This document shows positions 1 through 10,545 of a DNA stretch of 64,000 bases, one piece after another. A program made the translations under genes and the position numbers. The DNA is from an uncultured Gemmatimonadaceae bacterium. GTDB lineage: Bacteria > Gemmatimonadota > Gemmatimonadetes > Gemmatimonadales > Gemmatimonadaceae. The number at the start of each line of letters is the position of its first letter. Position 1 is the first letter of the stretch. The stretch covers positions 1,472,001 to 1,536,000 of the forward strand of contig CAVXGK010000002.1 in the NCBI GenBank assembly GCA_963761305.1, given 5' to 3'. Below the pieces are notes generated by a model, which saw only the letters and a list, made by a program, of their open reading frames with translations, ran no database searches and was not told the origin of the DNA.

Positions 1-513
1 GAGCGCCTTGCGACGCAGATCCTCGTAGTCGAGCAGGCCTTCGTCGGTCACGCCGTACGAGATGGCGTGATACAGCATCCCGGAGAAATTCACCGGCGAG
101 CCGTGCGTGAGATGGCCGCCGTTCGACAGATCCATGCCGAGGAACGTGTCGCCGGGCTTGAGGAACGTGGCCATCGCCGCGTAGTTCGCCTGCGCGCCCG
201 AGTGCGGCTGCACGTTCGCGTGCTCGGCGTTGAACAACTGCTTCGCGCGATCGATTGCCAGCTGCTCGACCTGATCGACGATCTCGCAGCCGCCGTAGTA
301 GCGCTTCCCCGGCAATCCTTCCGCGTACTTGTTGGTGAGCGACGACCCCATCGCCTCGAGCACCGCTGGCGAAACGAAATTCTCGCTGGCGATCAGCTCG
401 AGCCCTTCGCGCTGACGCCGCGTCTCGGCTTCGATGAGCCGCGCGATCTCAGGGTCGGTCTCGCGGAGCGCGGCGCCGGGCGACGAGAGGCGGTGTTTGA
501 TCCAGTCGTTCAT
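1..513 (-). CDS. glyA: serine hydroxymethyltransferase, N-terminal part (runs off window start)
   Basis: Manual translation from ATG 513: [42 protein letters not shown]; absent from ORF track because truncated. Confidence 0.95.
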   Translation of the reverse strand, partial: MNDWIKHRLSSPGAALRETDPEIARLIEAETRRQREGLELIASENFVSPAVLEAMGSSLTNKYAEGLPGKRYYGGCEIVDQVEQLAIDRAKQLFNAEHANVQPHSGAQANYAAMATFLKPGDTFLGMDLSNGGHLTHGSPVNFSGMLYHAISYGVTDEGLLDYEDLRRKAL

Positions 514-562
514 GCGTTTCGCGGCGAGCCTGCTCGCCGCCTCCCACCCCGACTGGGGTTGG

Positions 563-1021
563 TCATGGATTTGGCGCCTCGCTGTCGGCGCGCTCGATTT
601 TTTCGATGCGACGTGCGTGTCGCCCACCCTCGAACGGCGTCTCGAGCCACGCGTCGAGAATGGCCGTGCCCTGATCGGCGCTTAAGAATCGCGCCGGCAG
701 CACGAGGACATTCGAGTCGTTGTGCTGTCGCGCGAGCTTGGCGATCTCCGGATTCCACGCGACCGCGGCGCGCACACCCGCATACCGATTCGCCGTGTAG
801 CTCATGCCGAGCCCCGTGCCGCAGAGCAGCACCCCTCGCTCGACGTCGCCCTCGGCAACCCGTTTCGCGAGCGGGTGCGCATAGTCGGCATAGTCCGCCG
901 ACTCGGCGCTGTCCACGCCGAGGTCGTCGACCTCGAAACCGAGATCGGCCAAACGATGCTCCAACGCCTCTTTCAGCGCGAAGCCCGCGTGATCGGATGC
1001 GATGAGAATTCGCTCAGGCAT
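563..1021 (-). CDS. rpiB: ribose-5-phosphate isomerase B
   Basis: [32 protein letters not shown] motifs; adjacent to glyA. Confidence 0.95.
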   Translation of the reverse strand: MPERILIASDHAGFALKEALEHRLADLGFEVDDLGVDSAESADYADYAHPLAKRVAEGDVERGVLLCGTGLGMSYTANRYAGVRAAVAWNPEIAKLARQHNDSNVLVLPARFLSADQGTAILDAWLETPFEGGRHARRIEKIERADSEAPNP

Positions 1022-1036
1022 TGTCGGGTGTCCACC

Positions 1037-2107
1037 TCATTTGTTCGGCCACTGCGGCCACGTCCGCACCATCGAGTTCACCGCGCGAATGCGCTGTTCG
1101 GCGAGGCGATCGGCGGCGAGGTACGTGGGGATTTTTTCCGTTTTCGCGATCTCGAATACCTTGAGCACCGTGTCGTAGATCTCGTCCGCCTTGCGGAACG
1201 ATCGCGCCGACGTCCAACCAGCCAGCTCGCCGTAGACGTTGATCACGCCGCCGGCGTTCGCGACGTAGTCGGGCGTGTAGGTGATGCCGCGCGTCTCGAG
1301 CGCGTCGCCGTGGCGCTCCTCGAGCAGCTGATTGTTCGCCGCGCCGGCAACAATCGACACATTGAGCTGTGGAATCGTCTTGTCGTTGATGATCGCGCCG
1401 AGGGCGCAGGGCGCGAAGATGTCGGCCTGCGCGGCGTAGATGTCGTCGAGGCCCACGGCCTTGGCCGAGAACTCGGCGGCGACGCGCTTCACGCGATCGG
1501 CGTCGATGTCGCTCACGATGAGCTTGGCGCCGGCTTCGTGCAGTTCCTTGGCGAGATAGTAGCCGACGTGGCCGCAGCCCTGGATCGCCACCGTCTTGTT
1601 CGTGAGATCGTCCGAGCCCCACTTCTCGCGGACCGACGCCTGGATTGCGCGGAACACGCCGTGCGCGGTGACGGGCGACGGATCGCCCGAGCGGCCGGCG
1701 AGACCGCTCACGTAGTCGGTCTCCATGTGCACGTAGTCCATGTCCGCCGTGCTGGTGCCCACGTCTTCGGCGGTGATGTACCGGCCGCCCAGGCTCTCCA
1801 CGAAGCGGCCGTGCGCGCGGAAGATCATTTCACGGTCGGACGTTCGGTTGTCGCCGATGATGACGGACTTTCCGCCGCCGAGATTCAACCCGGCGACGGC
1901 GTTCTTGTAGGTCATGCCGCGCGCGAGGCGCAGCGCGTCGACGATCGCGTCCTCGTCGCCGGCGTAGCTCCAGAAACGAGTGCCGCCGAGCGCGGGACCC
2001 AACACGGTGCTGTGTATGGCAACGATGCCGCGATATCCGGACGCCGAATCCTGACAAAGCACGAGCTGCTCGTGCCCCATGGCGGCGATTGTATCGAAGA
2101 GCTTCAT
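1037..2107 (-). CDS. Glu/Leu/Phe/Val dehydrogenase (leucine dehydrogenase-like)
   Basis: [42 protein letters not shown]. Confidence 0.93.
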   Translation of the reverse strand: MKLFDTIAAMGHEQLVLCQDSASGYRGIVAIHSTVLGPALGGTRFWSYAGDEDAIVDALRLARGMTYKNAVAGLNLGGGKSVIIGDNRTSDREMIFRAHGRFVESLGGRYITAEDVGTSTADMDYVHMETDYVSGLAGRSGDPSPVTAHGVFRAIQASVREKWGSDDLTNKTVAIQGCGHVGYYLAKELHEAGAKLIVSDIDADRVKRVAAEFSAKAVGLDDIYAAQADIFAPCALGAIINDKTIPQLNVSIVAGAANNQLLEERHGDALETRGITYTPDYVANAGGVINVYGELAGWTSARSFRKADEIYDTVLKVFEIAKTEKIPTYLAADRLAEQRIRAVNSMVRTWPQWPNK

Positions 2108-2165
2108 CGAGTTCGGAAGAGGGGAAGGAGTGCGGAGGCCGGGTGCGGAGAACTGGAACGAGAAG

Positions 2166-2197
2166 GGGTGCGGGGGTGCGGGCGTGCGGGGGTGCGG
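2166..2197 (+). repeat. 8-bp tandem repeat (GGGTGCGG) x4
   Basis: gggtgcgg gggtgcgg gcgtgcgg gggtgcgg in intergenic DNA; further single copies at 2128 and 2141. Confidence 0.8.
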
Positions 2198-2216
2198 ACT
2201 GAGGAAGGAGACCTGA

Positions 2217-3380
2217 CTACCGATGCGAATAGAGCTCCCGCGCGATCACGATGCGCTGGATCTCCGACGTGCCTTCATAAATCTCCGTGACTTTGGCGTC
2301 GCGGAACAGGCGTTCGACCGGATAGTCGGTGACGTACCCGTAACCGCCCAAAATCTGGATCGCCTGAGTGGTGACCCACATGGCGGCCTCGCTAGCCGAC
2401 AGCTTGGCCATCGCGCTGAACTGCGTCATGTGCTCGCCGCGATCCTTCGCCGTGGCCGACATGTGGAGCAGCGCGCGCGCGCCGGCCACGCGCGTGGCCA
2501 TGTCGGCGAGCTTGAACTGGATCGCCTGGAATTCCTTGATCGGCTTCTTGAACTGCTTGCGCTCCGCGGCGTACGCCGCCGCGTGGCGCAGCGCCGCCTC
2601 GGCGATGCCGATCGACTGCGCGGCGATGCCGAGCCGTCCATTGTCGAGCGACTGCATCGCGTAGATGAATCCACTGCCGGGCGCGCCGAGAAGCCGGTCG
2701 CCGGGAACGCGCATGTCGGAAAAATGGAGCTGCACCGTCGGCGACGCGCGCAGCCCCATCTTGTTTTCTTTCTTGCCGACGCTGAAGCCGGGCAAATCCG
2801 GCGTGATGATGAAGGTGCCGATGCCGCGCGCGCCTCGCCTATCTTCCGGGCCGTCGGTGCGCGCCATCGCGAGAATGACGTCGCCCTTGGTCCCGCTCGA
2901 CACCCACGCTTTGGTGCCGTTGAGAATCCAGTCGTCGCCGTCGCGCACGGCTTGCGTGCGGAGCGACGCCGCGTCGGATCCCGCCTCCGGCTCGGAGAGC
3001 GCGAACGCGCCGAGCTTTTCTCCGCGCGCCAGCGGCTTGAGAAAACGCTCTTTCTGGGCGTCGGTTCCCCAACGCAGGATCATCTGCGTGGGAAGCGAGT
3101 TGTGCACGCTGACCATCACCGCCACCGACGCGTCGACGATGGCGATCTCCTCGAGCACGACGAGATAGGTCAGCGTGTCGAGCCCGAGACCGTCGTACTG
3201 CTCGGGGACGAGCATGCCGAGAAATCCCAACTCGCCCAACTTGGCGACGATCGACGGGTCGAAGTAGGCGTCGCGGTCCCACTGCGCGGTGTACGGCGCG
3301 ATCTCTCGCTCCGCGAACTCACGCGCGACTGCCTGAATCTCCCGCTGCTCCGCGCTGAGCGGCGTCAGCGCCCACGTCAT
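2217..3380 (-). CDS. acyl-CoA dehydrogenase (short/branched chain type)
   Basis: [35 protein letters not shown]. Confidence 0.95.
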   Translation of the reverse strand: MTWALTPLSAEQREIQAVAREFAEREIAPYTAQWDRDAYFDPSIVAKLGELGFLGMLVPEQYDGLGLDTLTYLVVLEEIAIVDASVAVMVSVHNSLPTQMILRWGTDAQKERFLKPLARGEKLGAFALSEPEAGSDAASLRTQAVRDGDDWILNGTKAWVSSGTKGDVILAMARTDGPEDRRGARGIGTFIITPDLPGFSVGKKENKMGLRASPTVQLHFSDMRVPGDRLLGAPGSGFIYAMQSLDNGRLGIAAQSIGIAEAALRHAAAYAAERKQFKKPIKEFQAIQFKLADMATRVAGARALLHMSATAKDRGEHMTQFSAMAKLSASEAAMWVTTQAIQILGGYGYVTDYPVERLFRDAKVTEIYEGTSEIQRIVIARELYSHR

Positions 3381-3416
3381 GGAAGTGAGTGCGGCGACGG
3401 GGTCCGAAGACCGACG

Positions 3417-4265
3417 TCAATACGCATAGAAACCGCGCTTCGACTTGCGGCCCAGCCAACCGGCGGCGACGTACTTTCTCAAGAGCGGGCACGGACGGTA
3501 CTTCGGGTCGCCGAGTCCGTCGTGCATGACCTCGAGAATGGCGAGGCAGGTGTCGAGGCCGATGAAGTCGGCGAGGGCCAGTGGCCCCATCGGGTGATTC
3601 ATGCCGAGCTTCATCACCGTGTCGATCGACTCGGCGCTGCCGACGCCCTCCATGAGGCAGAAGACCGCCTCGTTGATCATCGGCATGAGGATTCGATTGG
3701 CGACGAAGCCCGGATAGTCCTGCACTTCGACCGGCGTCTTGCCGAGCTGTTTGCTCGTCTCGAGGATGCGGTTGGTCGTGTCGTCGGATGTGGCGAGGCC
3801 GCGAATCACTTCGACCAGCTGCATCACCGGCACCGGATTCATGAAGTGCATGCCGATCACGAGCTCGGGACGGTTGGTCTCGCTCGCGATCTCGCTGATG
3901 GAGATGGAGCTCGTGTTGGTGGCGAGGATCGTCCCCTTGTCGGCCAACGTCTCCAGCTCGGAGAAGATGCCGAACTTGAGATCGCGGTTTTCCGTCGCCG
4001 CTTCGATGACGAGCCACGAGCCGGCGACCTCGGCGAGCCCGCGCGCCAGCGCGATGCGGCCGAGGATCACGTCCTTGTCTGCGGCGGGAAGCGTGCCCTT
4101 CTTGATTTGGCGGTCGAGGTTCGACGCGATTGTGTCGCGCCCGCGCTTGAGCGCGTCGTCGGTCACGTCGATCATCGTCACGGGAAAGCCGCTCTGTGCG
4201 AAGACGTGCGCGATCCCGTTCCCCATCTGCCCTGCACCGATCACGGCCACACGTTCGGCCATCAT
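3417..4265 (-). CDS. hbd: 3-hydroxybutyryl-CoA dehydrogenase
   Basis: GAGQMGNGIA, NTSSISI, GMHFMNPVP, PGFVANR, HPMGPL. Confidence 0.92.
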   Translation of the reverse strand: MMAERVAVIGAGQMGNGIAHVFAQSGFPVTMIDVTDDALKRGRDTIASNLDRQIKKGTLPAADKDVILGRIALARGLAEVAGSWLVIEAATENRDLKFGIFSELETLADKGTILATNTSSISISEIASETNRPELVIGMHFMNPVPVMQLVEVIRGLATSDDTTNRILETSKQLGKTPVEVQDYPGFVANRILMPMINEAVFCLMEGVGSAESIDTVMKLGMNHPMGPLALADFIGLDTCLAILEVMHDGLGDPKYRPCPLLRKYVAAGWLGRKSKRGFYAY

Positions 4266-5140
4266 GTTTCTCCAGTTGAACGCTTCAGTCGACCGCGGCG
4301 CGAGAAAAGCCAGACGCTGCCGGCGATCATGGTCAATGCGGCGGGCACTCCGCCCTCAGGGCCCCACGACCCGCCGGTCGCCCAATTCGGCCCCGCATCA
4401 ACATAACGGTAGCCCGGGGATTCGAGCGGGAGTCCACTCACCGCGACGTGAAATGCGACCGCCATGGTCCAATTCCAGGCGAAATGCGCGGCCCACGCGG
4501 CGTAGAGACTGCGCGTCCCGTATACGATGGAGCCGAGGAAGACGCCGGCGATCGTGACGAGGGCGATCGACTCGAGGTTTGCGCCCGGATTCCGGATGTG
4601 GAGCGCGCCGAAGGCGATGCTCGTCGTCGCGATCGCCCACGGCCAGCCCCACCATTCGGAGAGAACCGACAGGATGTAGCCGCGCGACAGCAGCTCTTCG
4701 GCGAGCGCGGCTGGCGCGAGCGACACGCTCACGCGCCACGCGCCGCCGAGCCACGAGGTCTTGTCGCCCGGCGCAGCGGCCAGCCAGTGGACTCCGACCA
4801 GCGCCGCCGTAGGAATGCCGATGGCGAGCAAGCCGATGGCGAAGCCGAGGCCGATCGTCCGGGGTCGAGCGGCGCCGCGATCGAGCCAGACTTCACTCCA
4901 CGGTTGTCGGCCGAACCAGTAGAGCGTGAGTCCGGTGCCGGCGAGCAGCGACGCGCACGTAGCCCACACGCCTGAGCTGAGCGCGCCGCCGCCGGAGAGC
5001 GGGATCCCGCTCACGAGCAGGGAACCAAACACGGCGTCGATGACGATGAACGACGCGAGCGTGAGCGCCGCAAACGCAACGACGCGCCAGAAAGGGTGAA
5101 CCCTTCCCGACGCGTCGTGAATACGATCGTGCGAGATCAG
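4262..5140 (-). CDS. CPBP/Abi-family intramembrane glutamic endopeptidase (start uncertain)
   Basis: C-terminal part of ORF 4262..6511: EELLSRG, FGALH, HFAWN, GPEGG, several TM helices; no ATG near the start, candidate CTG at 5140 overlapping the bioY stop. Confidence 0.8.
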   Translation of the reverse strand: MISHDRIHDASGRVHPFWRVVAFAALTLASFIVIDAVFGSLLVSGIPLSGGGALSSGVWATCASLLAGTGLTLYWFGRQPWSEVWLDRGAARPRTIGLGFAIGLLAIGIPTAALVGVHWLAAAPGDKTSWLGGAWRVSVSLAPAALAEELLSRGYILSVLSEWWGWPWAIATTSIAFGALHIRNPGANLESIALVTIAGVFLGSIVYGTRSLYAAWAAHFAWNWTMAVAFHVAVSGLPLESPGYRYVDAGPNWATGGSWGPEGGVPAALTMIAGSVWLFSRRGRLKRSTGET

Positions 5141-5697
5141 GCGCCTCGTTGGGGGCGAGCGACGCGCGATCCGCTGATGAGAGCCGCGAGGTACGCCTTG
5201 ACCAGGTCGAGCGCGGCGAACGGCGTGATGCCCAATTGCACGGCGCGCGTCACGCTGTGCGAGAGGAGCGTGAGCTGGGCGAGTCCGCCGAAGAAGATCA
5301 CGACGATGCCGGCGGTCGCGGCGAGCCAGCGGGTCATGAGCGAGGTCGCTCGGCGATTCAGCACGCCGGCCACCCACGCCGCGGCGGGATACGCGATGAG
5401 GTAGCCGCCGGTGGGTCCGAAGAAGCGTGCGATGCCCGGCGCGCCCATCGGCGTGAACACCGGCAAGCCCGTGGCACCCGCGGCGAGATAGAGCAGCATG
5501 CTCGCGGCGCCGGCGGCCGGACCGAGCCACATGCCAGCGAGAATCACGAGCATCGGCTGCAGCGTGATCGGCACGGGCGTCCATGGAAGCGGGATCGCGA
5601 TCTGCGACGCAGCGGCAACGGCGAGTGCGAAGCCGAAGACCCCGATGACGGTGGTGCGGGACGGACGGACGGCTGCGGTAGTGCTGAGCGTCGTCAT
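5137..5697 (-). CDS. bioY: biotin transporter BioY
   Basis: PVPITLQ, YLAAGATGLPVF, GPTGGYL, PF..LDLVK. Confidence 0.92.
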   Translation of the reverse strand: MTTLSTTAAVRPSRTTVIGVFGFALAVAAASQIAIPLPWTPVPITLQPMLVILAGMWLGPAAGAASMLLYLAAGATGLPVFTPMGAPGIARFFGPTGGYLIAYPAAAWVAGVLNRRATSLMTRWLAATAGIVVIFFGGLAQLTLLSHSVTRAVQLGITPFAALDLVKAYLAALISGSRVARPQRGA

Positions 5698-5700
5698 TCG

Positions 5701-5732
5701 GGTGGACAGGTGGACGGGTGGACCGGTGGACA
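5701..5732 (+). repeat. 8-bp tandem repeat (GGTGGACN) x4
   Basis: ggtggaca ggtggacg ggtggacc ggtggaca directly upstream of the bioY start. Confidence 0.85.
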
Positions 5733-5754
5733 GGTACTACGAAGAGCGCAACGT

Positions 5755-6966
5755 CTAGTTGGTACGGGTCACGCTGAGCGCGACGGCGTCGCCGCCGCCC
5801 AGACAAAGTGTGGCCAAACCGCGGCGGAGTCCACGGTCCTGAAGCGCAAAGATTAGGGTCGTCAAAACGCGCGCGCCGCTCGCGCCGATGGGGTGGCCGA
5901 GCGCGATCGCGCCACCGTTCACGTTGACGCGATTCCAGTCCCAGCCGAGCTCCTCGCCGTCGGCGAGCGACTGCGAGGCGAACGCTTCGTTGGCCTCGAT
6001 CAGATCGTAGTCGCCGATCTTCGAGTTCTCTTTCGCCATGAGGTTGCGGACCGCGCGGATCGGAGCGAAGAACAGGTCTTGCGGCTCGGTCGCGCCGGTG
6101 GCGTACGCGTCGACGCGGGCGAGAATCGGCAAGTTGTGCGCTTTCGCGAACGCTTCCGACGCGACGACGAGCGCCGCTGCGCCGTCGTTGAGACTCGACG
6201 CGTTGCCCGCGGTCACGGAGAGATCGGTCGCGTTGCCCGTCTTGCCCGGGAACGCGGGGCGCAGCTTGGCGAGTGACTCGACGGTGGTGTCCTTGCGTGG
6301 GCTCTCGTCGGCGTCGACGGTCGTCGTGCCCTTGCGGCTCGCGACCTGAACGGGCGTGATCTCGTTCTTGAACCTGCCCGCCTCCATGGCGGCGATCGCT
6401 TTGCGATGCGACGCGGCAGCGAACTCGTCCTGCGCCTCGCGGGTGACGTGCGCCTTCTGGGCCGTGTACTCCGCGTGGCCGCCCATGTGGACGTCGCAGA
6501 AGGAGCACCACAATCCGTCCTTGATCATGCCGTCGACGATGGTCTGGTCGCCGAGCTTCACGCCGTTCCGCATTCCATACATGTAGTACGGCGCGTTGGA
6601 CATCGACTCCTGTCCGCCGGCGACGATGACTTCGCGGTCGCCGGCCTTGATGGCCTGGGCGGCGAGCATCACGGCCTTGAGACCGGAGCCGCAGACCTTG
6701 TTGATGGTCATCGCGGAAACGCTGGCCGGAATGCCGGCTTTGATCGCCGCCTGTCGGGCCGGGGCCTGGCCGACGCCGCCCTGGATGACGTTGCCCATGA
6801 TGACTTCCTGGACGTCAGCGGGGTCGATGCCGGCGCGTTGCACGGCGGCGCGAATGGCGACCGCGCCGAGCTCGGGGGCGGTCAGTGTCGAGAGGCCGCC
6901 GAGGAATTTGCCGATCGGCGTGCGGGCGGCCGAGATGATGACGGGGGTTCGAGTTGGGTCGGACAT
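5755..6966 (-). CDS. acetyl-CoA C-acetyltransferase (thiolase)
   Basis: Start [19 protein letters not shown] at 6966; [25 protein letters not shown]. Confidence 0.95.
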   Translation of the reverse strand: MSDPTRTPVIISAARTPIGKFLGGLSTLTAPELGAVAIRAAVQRAGIDPADVQEVIMGNVIQGGVGQAPARQAAIKAGIPASVSAMTINKVCGSGLKAVMLAAQAIKAGDREVIVAGGQESMSNAPYYMYGMRNGVKLGDQTIVDGMIKDGLWCSFCDVHMGGHAEYTAQKAHVTREAQDEFAAASHRKAIAAMEAGRFKNEITPVQVASRKGTTTVDADESPRKDTTVESLAKLRPAFPGKTGNATDLSVTAGNASSLNDGAAALVVASEAFAKAHNLPILARVDAYATGATEPQDLFFAPIRAVRNLMAKENSKIGDYDLIEANEAFASQSLADGEELGWDWNRVNVNGGAIALGHPIGASGARVLTTLIFALQDRGLRRGLATLCLGGGDAVALSVTRTN

Positions 6967-6981
6967 GGGGTGAAAGTTAGT

Positions 6982-7045
6982 CACAATTACAACTGCAACT
7001 ACAACCACAACTACAGGCGCAAACGGCAACTGCAAATGCAACTGC
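6982..7045 (+). repeat. degenerate 6-bp tandem repeat (YRCAAC)n
   Basis: cacaat tacaac tgcaac tacaac cacaac ... tgcaaa tgcaac. Confidence 0.7.
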
Positions 7046-7272
7046 TCAACGCAGAGGCGCAGAGGACCGCAGAGGACGGCCGCTCGGAATGGCTCCGTCG
7101 CGCAACGAGCCGGGATTCTTGGGGGGAACTGCCGCTCGGGAAGCCACACGTGGCGTCTAACCCGCTCCACGCATCGAAGCGTCCCGAGCGGCTCTAACAA
7201 GAAAGTCCCGGCTCGTTGCGCGACGGAGTTCCGAGCGGCCGTTCGCTGCGTTCTCTGCGTCTCTGCGTCGAG
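7044..7272. repeat. long inverted repeat (~75-bp arms, ~78-bp loop), MITE/REP-like
   Basis: 7044-7120 matches the reverse complement of 7199-7272; perfect 23-bp core ctccgtcgcgcaacgagccggga; ends contain CGCAGAG(G/A)CGCAGAG. Confidence 0.85.
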
Positions 7273-7371
7273 CGGTTCAGGGAGCAGTTCAGGGAGCGGC
7301 TCAGGAACCGGACTTGACCCAAACGGCGCGCCGACCGATGTTCTATCCAGACTCTCCATAGAGCCTCTCCA

Positions 7372-7722
7372 ATGACTCGCCTGCCCGTCCTGAAAGGAAC
7401 GCTCGACCTGCTCGTCCTTCGCGCGTTGAGCTGGAGTCCGATGCACGGCTTCGAGATTGTCTCATGGCTCGAGCGCGCCGCCGGTGGGTCGCTCGACGTC
7501 GACGACTCGGCGCTTTATCAGGCGGTGTACCGCCTCGAGGAGCGCGGGTTGCTGGCCGCGGAGTGGGGCGTGACGGAGAACAATCGCCGGGCTCGGTATT
7601 ACAAGATCACGGCAGCCGGGCGCACGCATCTGCGAAACGAGACAAAGAGCTGGATGAAGTACGCGCAGACCGTGACGACGATTCTCACGGTCGCGGCGGA
7701 AGACGGAGCACCGGCGCGGTGA
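7372..7722 (+). CDS. PadR-family transcriptional regulator (acidobacterial type)
   Basis: GTLDLLVL, MHGFEI, LYQAVYRLE, EWGVTENNRRARYY. Confidence 0.92.
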   Translation: MTRLPVLKGTLDLLVLRALSWSPMHGFEIVSWLERAAGGSLDVDDSALYQAVYRLEERGLLAAEWGVTENNRRARYYKITAAGRTHLRNETKSWMKYAQTVTTILTVAAEDGAPAR

Positions 7723-10364
7723 TCCGCGACGGGATTCGCCGCGTGTTCGACCTCGCGCTGCGCCGGCGCGACCGGTGGGAACGTGAGGTCGAAGACGAGA
7801 TCAAGCTCCACCTCGCGCTGCGCGCCGAGCAGTTGGCCTCCGCTGGAATGGCGCACGACGAGGCCTACCGAGAAGCGGTGCGGCGGTTCGGCCCGCTCAC
7901 CGAATCGCGGTCGAGGCTGCTCGACGCGGCACAACATCGGGAGACTCGCATGCAACGCACGGAGTTCGTCGCGGACGCACGACAGGATCTTGCGTTCGCT
8001 TTGCGCACGCTCGGACGGCAGAAAGCGTGGACCGCGATCACGATCGCGACGCTGGCACTCGGCATCGGCGCGACGACGGCGGTGTTCAGCGTCGTCAGCA
8101 CGTTGCTGCTGCATCCACTGCCCTATCCGCACCCCCGCCGCGTCGTCTACGTCGATCAGCAGCCGGCGCAGGGCAATACCACCGGGCTCTCGGTCACGAT
8201 TACACCCGGGGCGGCGGTGATTCGCGCGTGGAAGGAGAGCTCGCACTCCTTCGAAGCGCTCGAGCCCGCGCGCAATGAGGATCGTTCGCTGAAGACCACC
8301 ACCGGAGATCCGAGCAGCGTCAGGACGACGGCGGTTCTCCCGAGCTTCGCCGACTTTGCGGGCGTCGCGCCGATCGCCGGTCGCAACTTCACGACGAGAG
8401 ACCTTGCCGACGCCCGCCGCGTCGCCGTGTTGGGCGAGGGATTCTGGCGTGAGCGAATGGCTGCGAGCCAGTCGGTGCTCGGCCAGTTGATCACGATTTC
8501 GGACACCAGTTACATGGTGGTCGGTGTCATGCCGGCGTCACTTCGATTCGGCTCACCGGGACAGACACCGACGGCCGTGTGGCTTCCGTTCGACTTACGC
8601 GACGACAAGCTCGCGGGATCCGTCATCGGACGACTGCGCCCAGGCACATCGATCGACGCGGCGCGGCGGGAGCTCGACGCCATCGCGGCCCGGCAGTCGG
8701 GACTCAGCGAAGGAGCGAAGCCGCCGTTTCTAACCGCGGTTTCCACGCCGGCGGAAGGCGTGAGATTCCGCGACTCGCTATTGTTGCTCGCGGCCGCCGT
8801 CGGCCTGGTGTTGCTCGTGGCGTGCGCGAACGTGGCGCATCTGCTGATCGCGCGCTCGGCGACTCGTCAACGCGAAATGGCCGTGCGCGCGGCGCTCGGC
8901 GCCGGGCATGGCCGACTGTTTCGGCAGTTGCTCACCGAAAGCCTGCTTCTCGCCGGCGCCGGAGCGGCGGCCGGTGTCGGCATGGGATGGGGTTTGTTGC
9001 GCGCGATGATCGCGATGCGACCGTCATCGCACGACGAGCTCAAAGCGTCGCACCTCGACCTGACCACACTCAGCGTCGTCGTCGGCGTGGCGGTCGTGAG
9101 CGGCGTGATCTTCGGCGTGCTGGGCGCGGTGCAGTCGTCACGCTCGTCCACGAATGACTCGCTCAAAGCCGGATCGCTTTCGGCGTCGGCGGGACGGAGC
9201 CACCGGCGCGTCCGATCACTGCTCGTCGTGAGCGAGATGGCGCTGTCAGCGATGCTCGTCGTCGGCGCGGCGCTGGTCGTGCGCAGCCTGGCGAGTCTGC
9301 AGCGCACGGATCTCGGGTTCGACCCGCACGATCTGTACATGCTCACTCCCGTACCTCGCGCCGGTTCTCTCACGACGAGCTCGGGGGCGGCGTCGCTCGA
9401 GGAGTTTGCCAACCGAATCAAGCGGCTGCCCGGCGTACGCGCCGTGACGATCGCTCGCGCAGGACCGGGCTGGCGCTATTTCGACGTGGGACGCTTCGAG
9501 GTCGAGGGGGAACCGGTTCCGCCAAAGACCGCGACGTCGTTCACTGACGTGAACTACGTGCACACGAACTACTTCGCGACGATGGGAATCGCGCTGCGCG
9601 AGGGGACCGTCTTTCGCGATACGACCCAGGCGGCGCGACAGGTTATCGTGAATGCCGGATTCGCCATGGCACACTGGGGGCCGGGCAAAGCCATCGGTCA
9701 CCGAGTTCGAGTCGTGGACACCGACAGCGAGCCGTGGCTGACGATCGTCGGCGTCGCGAACGATGCAATGACGACGGGGCCGCTCACGGCGTCGCATGCG
9801 CCGTACCTCTATTTGGCGGTCGACACCGCGACTCCGGGGAAAGTCGTGCTTGCGCGGGTCGACGGCGGCGCCGCCGCGATCAAGCCGGCGGTCGCGATTG
9901 GGCACCAGATGGGGATGCGCAACGTGGCGATCGACGGAACCGAAGCGTTCTTGTCGCGATCTCTTTCGACACCGCGGTTCGTGACGATGATCATGACCAT
10001 TTTCGGCGCGCTCGGGCTGCTGCTCGCCGCCGTGGGACTATACGGCGTCATGTCGTACACGGTGACACAGCAGACGCGCGAGATCGGAATCCGCGTCGCA
10101 CTCGGGGCTTCGACTGGCCACGTGGTGAACAGCGTGCTTCGCCGAGGCGCATCGCTCGCGATCGCAGGCGCATTGGTCGGCCTCGCCGCCGCCGGTTGGG
10201 GAACGAAGTTGATAGAGACGCAACTCCACGGCGTCGAGCGGATCGATCCCATCTCGTTCATCGCCGGCGCCGTAGTCCTCATCGGCGCGGCGCTGCTGGC
10301 GTGCGTCGTACCGGCAAGGCGCGCTTTGGCGATCGATCCGGTCAAGGCCATTCGCGCCGAGTGA
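7719..10364 (+). CDS. ADOP-family duplicated ABC permease (MacB/FtsX-like) with N-terminal prefix domain
   Basis: GTG at 7719 overlaps the PadR stop; LALGIGATTAVFS, LVACANVAHLL, REMAVRAALGA, REIGIRVALGA, DPVKAIRAE. Confidence 0.92.
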   Translation: MIRDGIRRVFDLALRRRDRWEREVEDEIKLHLALRAEQLASAGMAHDEAYREAVRRFGPLTESRSRLLDAAQHRETRMQRTEFVADARQDLAFALRTLGRQKAWTAITIATLALGIGATTAVFSVVSTLLLHPLPYPHPRRVVYVDQQPAQGNTTGLSVTITPGAAVIRAWKESSHSFEALEPARNEDRSLKTTTGDPSSVRTTAVLPSFADFAGVAPIAGRNFTTRDLADARRVAVLGEGFWRERMAASQSVLGQLITISDTSYMVVGVMPASLRFGSPGQTPTAVWLPFDLRDDKLAGSVIGRLRPGTSIDAARRELDAIAARQSGLSEGAKPPFLTAVSTPAEGVRFRDSLLLLAAAVGLVLLVACANVAHLLIARSATRQREMAVRAALGAGHGRLFRQLLTESLLLAGAGAAAGVGMGWGLLRAMIAMRPSSHDELKASHLDLTTLSVVVGVAVVSGVIFGVLGAVQSSRSSTNDSLKAGSLSASAGRSHRRVRSLLVVSEMALSAMLVVGAALVVRSLASLQRTDLGFDPHDLYMLTPVPRAGSLTTSSGAASLEEFANRIKRLPGVRAVTIARAGPGWRYFDVGRFEVEGEPVPPKTATSFTDVNYVHTNYFATMGIALREGTVFRDTTQAARQVIVNAGFAMAHWGPGKAIGHRVRVVDTDSEPWLTIVGVANDAMTTGPLTASHAPYLYLAVDTATPGKVVLARVDGGAAAIKPAVAIGHQMGMRNVAIDGTEAFLSRSLSTPRFVTMIMTIFGALGLLLAAVGLYGVMSYTVTQQTREIGIRVALGASTGHVVNSVLRRGASLAIAGALVGLAAAGWGTKLIETQLHGVERIDPISFIAGAVVLIGAALLACVVPARRALAIDPVKAIRAE

Positions 10365-10400
10365 TCGGTGGACCGGCTACAGACCGAGGAAAGAAAATTC

Positions 10401-10506
10401 AACGCAGATGCCGCAGATTTGAAAAGCGATGCCGCAGATGAGGCCGAGGGTGTTTTTTCGCCGTTCCATCTGCGGCATCGCCGTTCAGATCTGCGGCATC
10501 TGCGTT
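10401..10506. repeat. 40-bp inverted repeat between convergent genes (AACGCAGATGCCGCAGAT family); possible bidirectional terminator
   Basis: 10401-10440 vs reverse complement of 10467-10506, few mismatches. Confidence 0.85.
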
Positions 10507-10545
10507 CCCATTTCTTTCACGGCGTAGTGGCTCATCCAGCGGAGC

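Noticed and set aside
67..6511. Long alternative ORFs such as 67..1005, 722..2290, 2223..4406 and the N-part of 4262..6511
   Set aside because: Antisense or off-frame shadows of recognisable genes, typical of high-GC DNA; the same applies to similar ORFs across the window.
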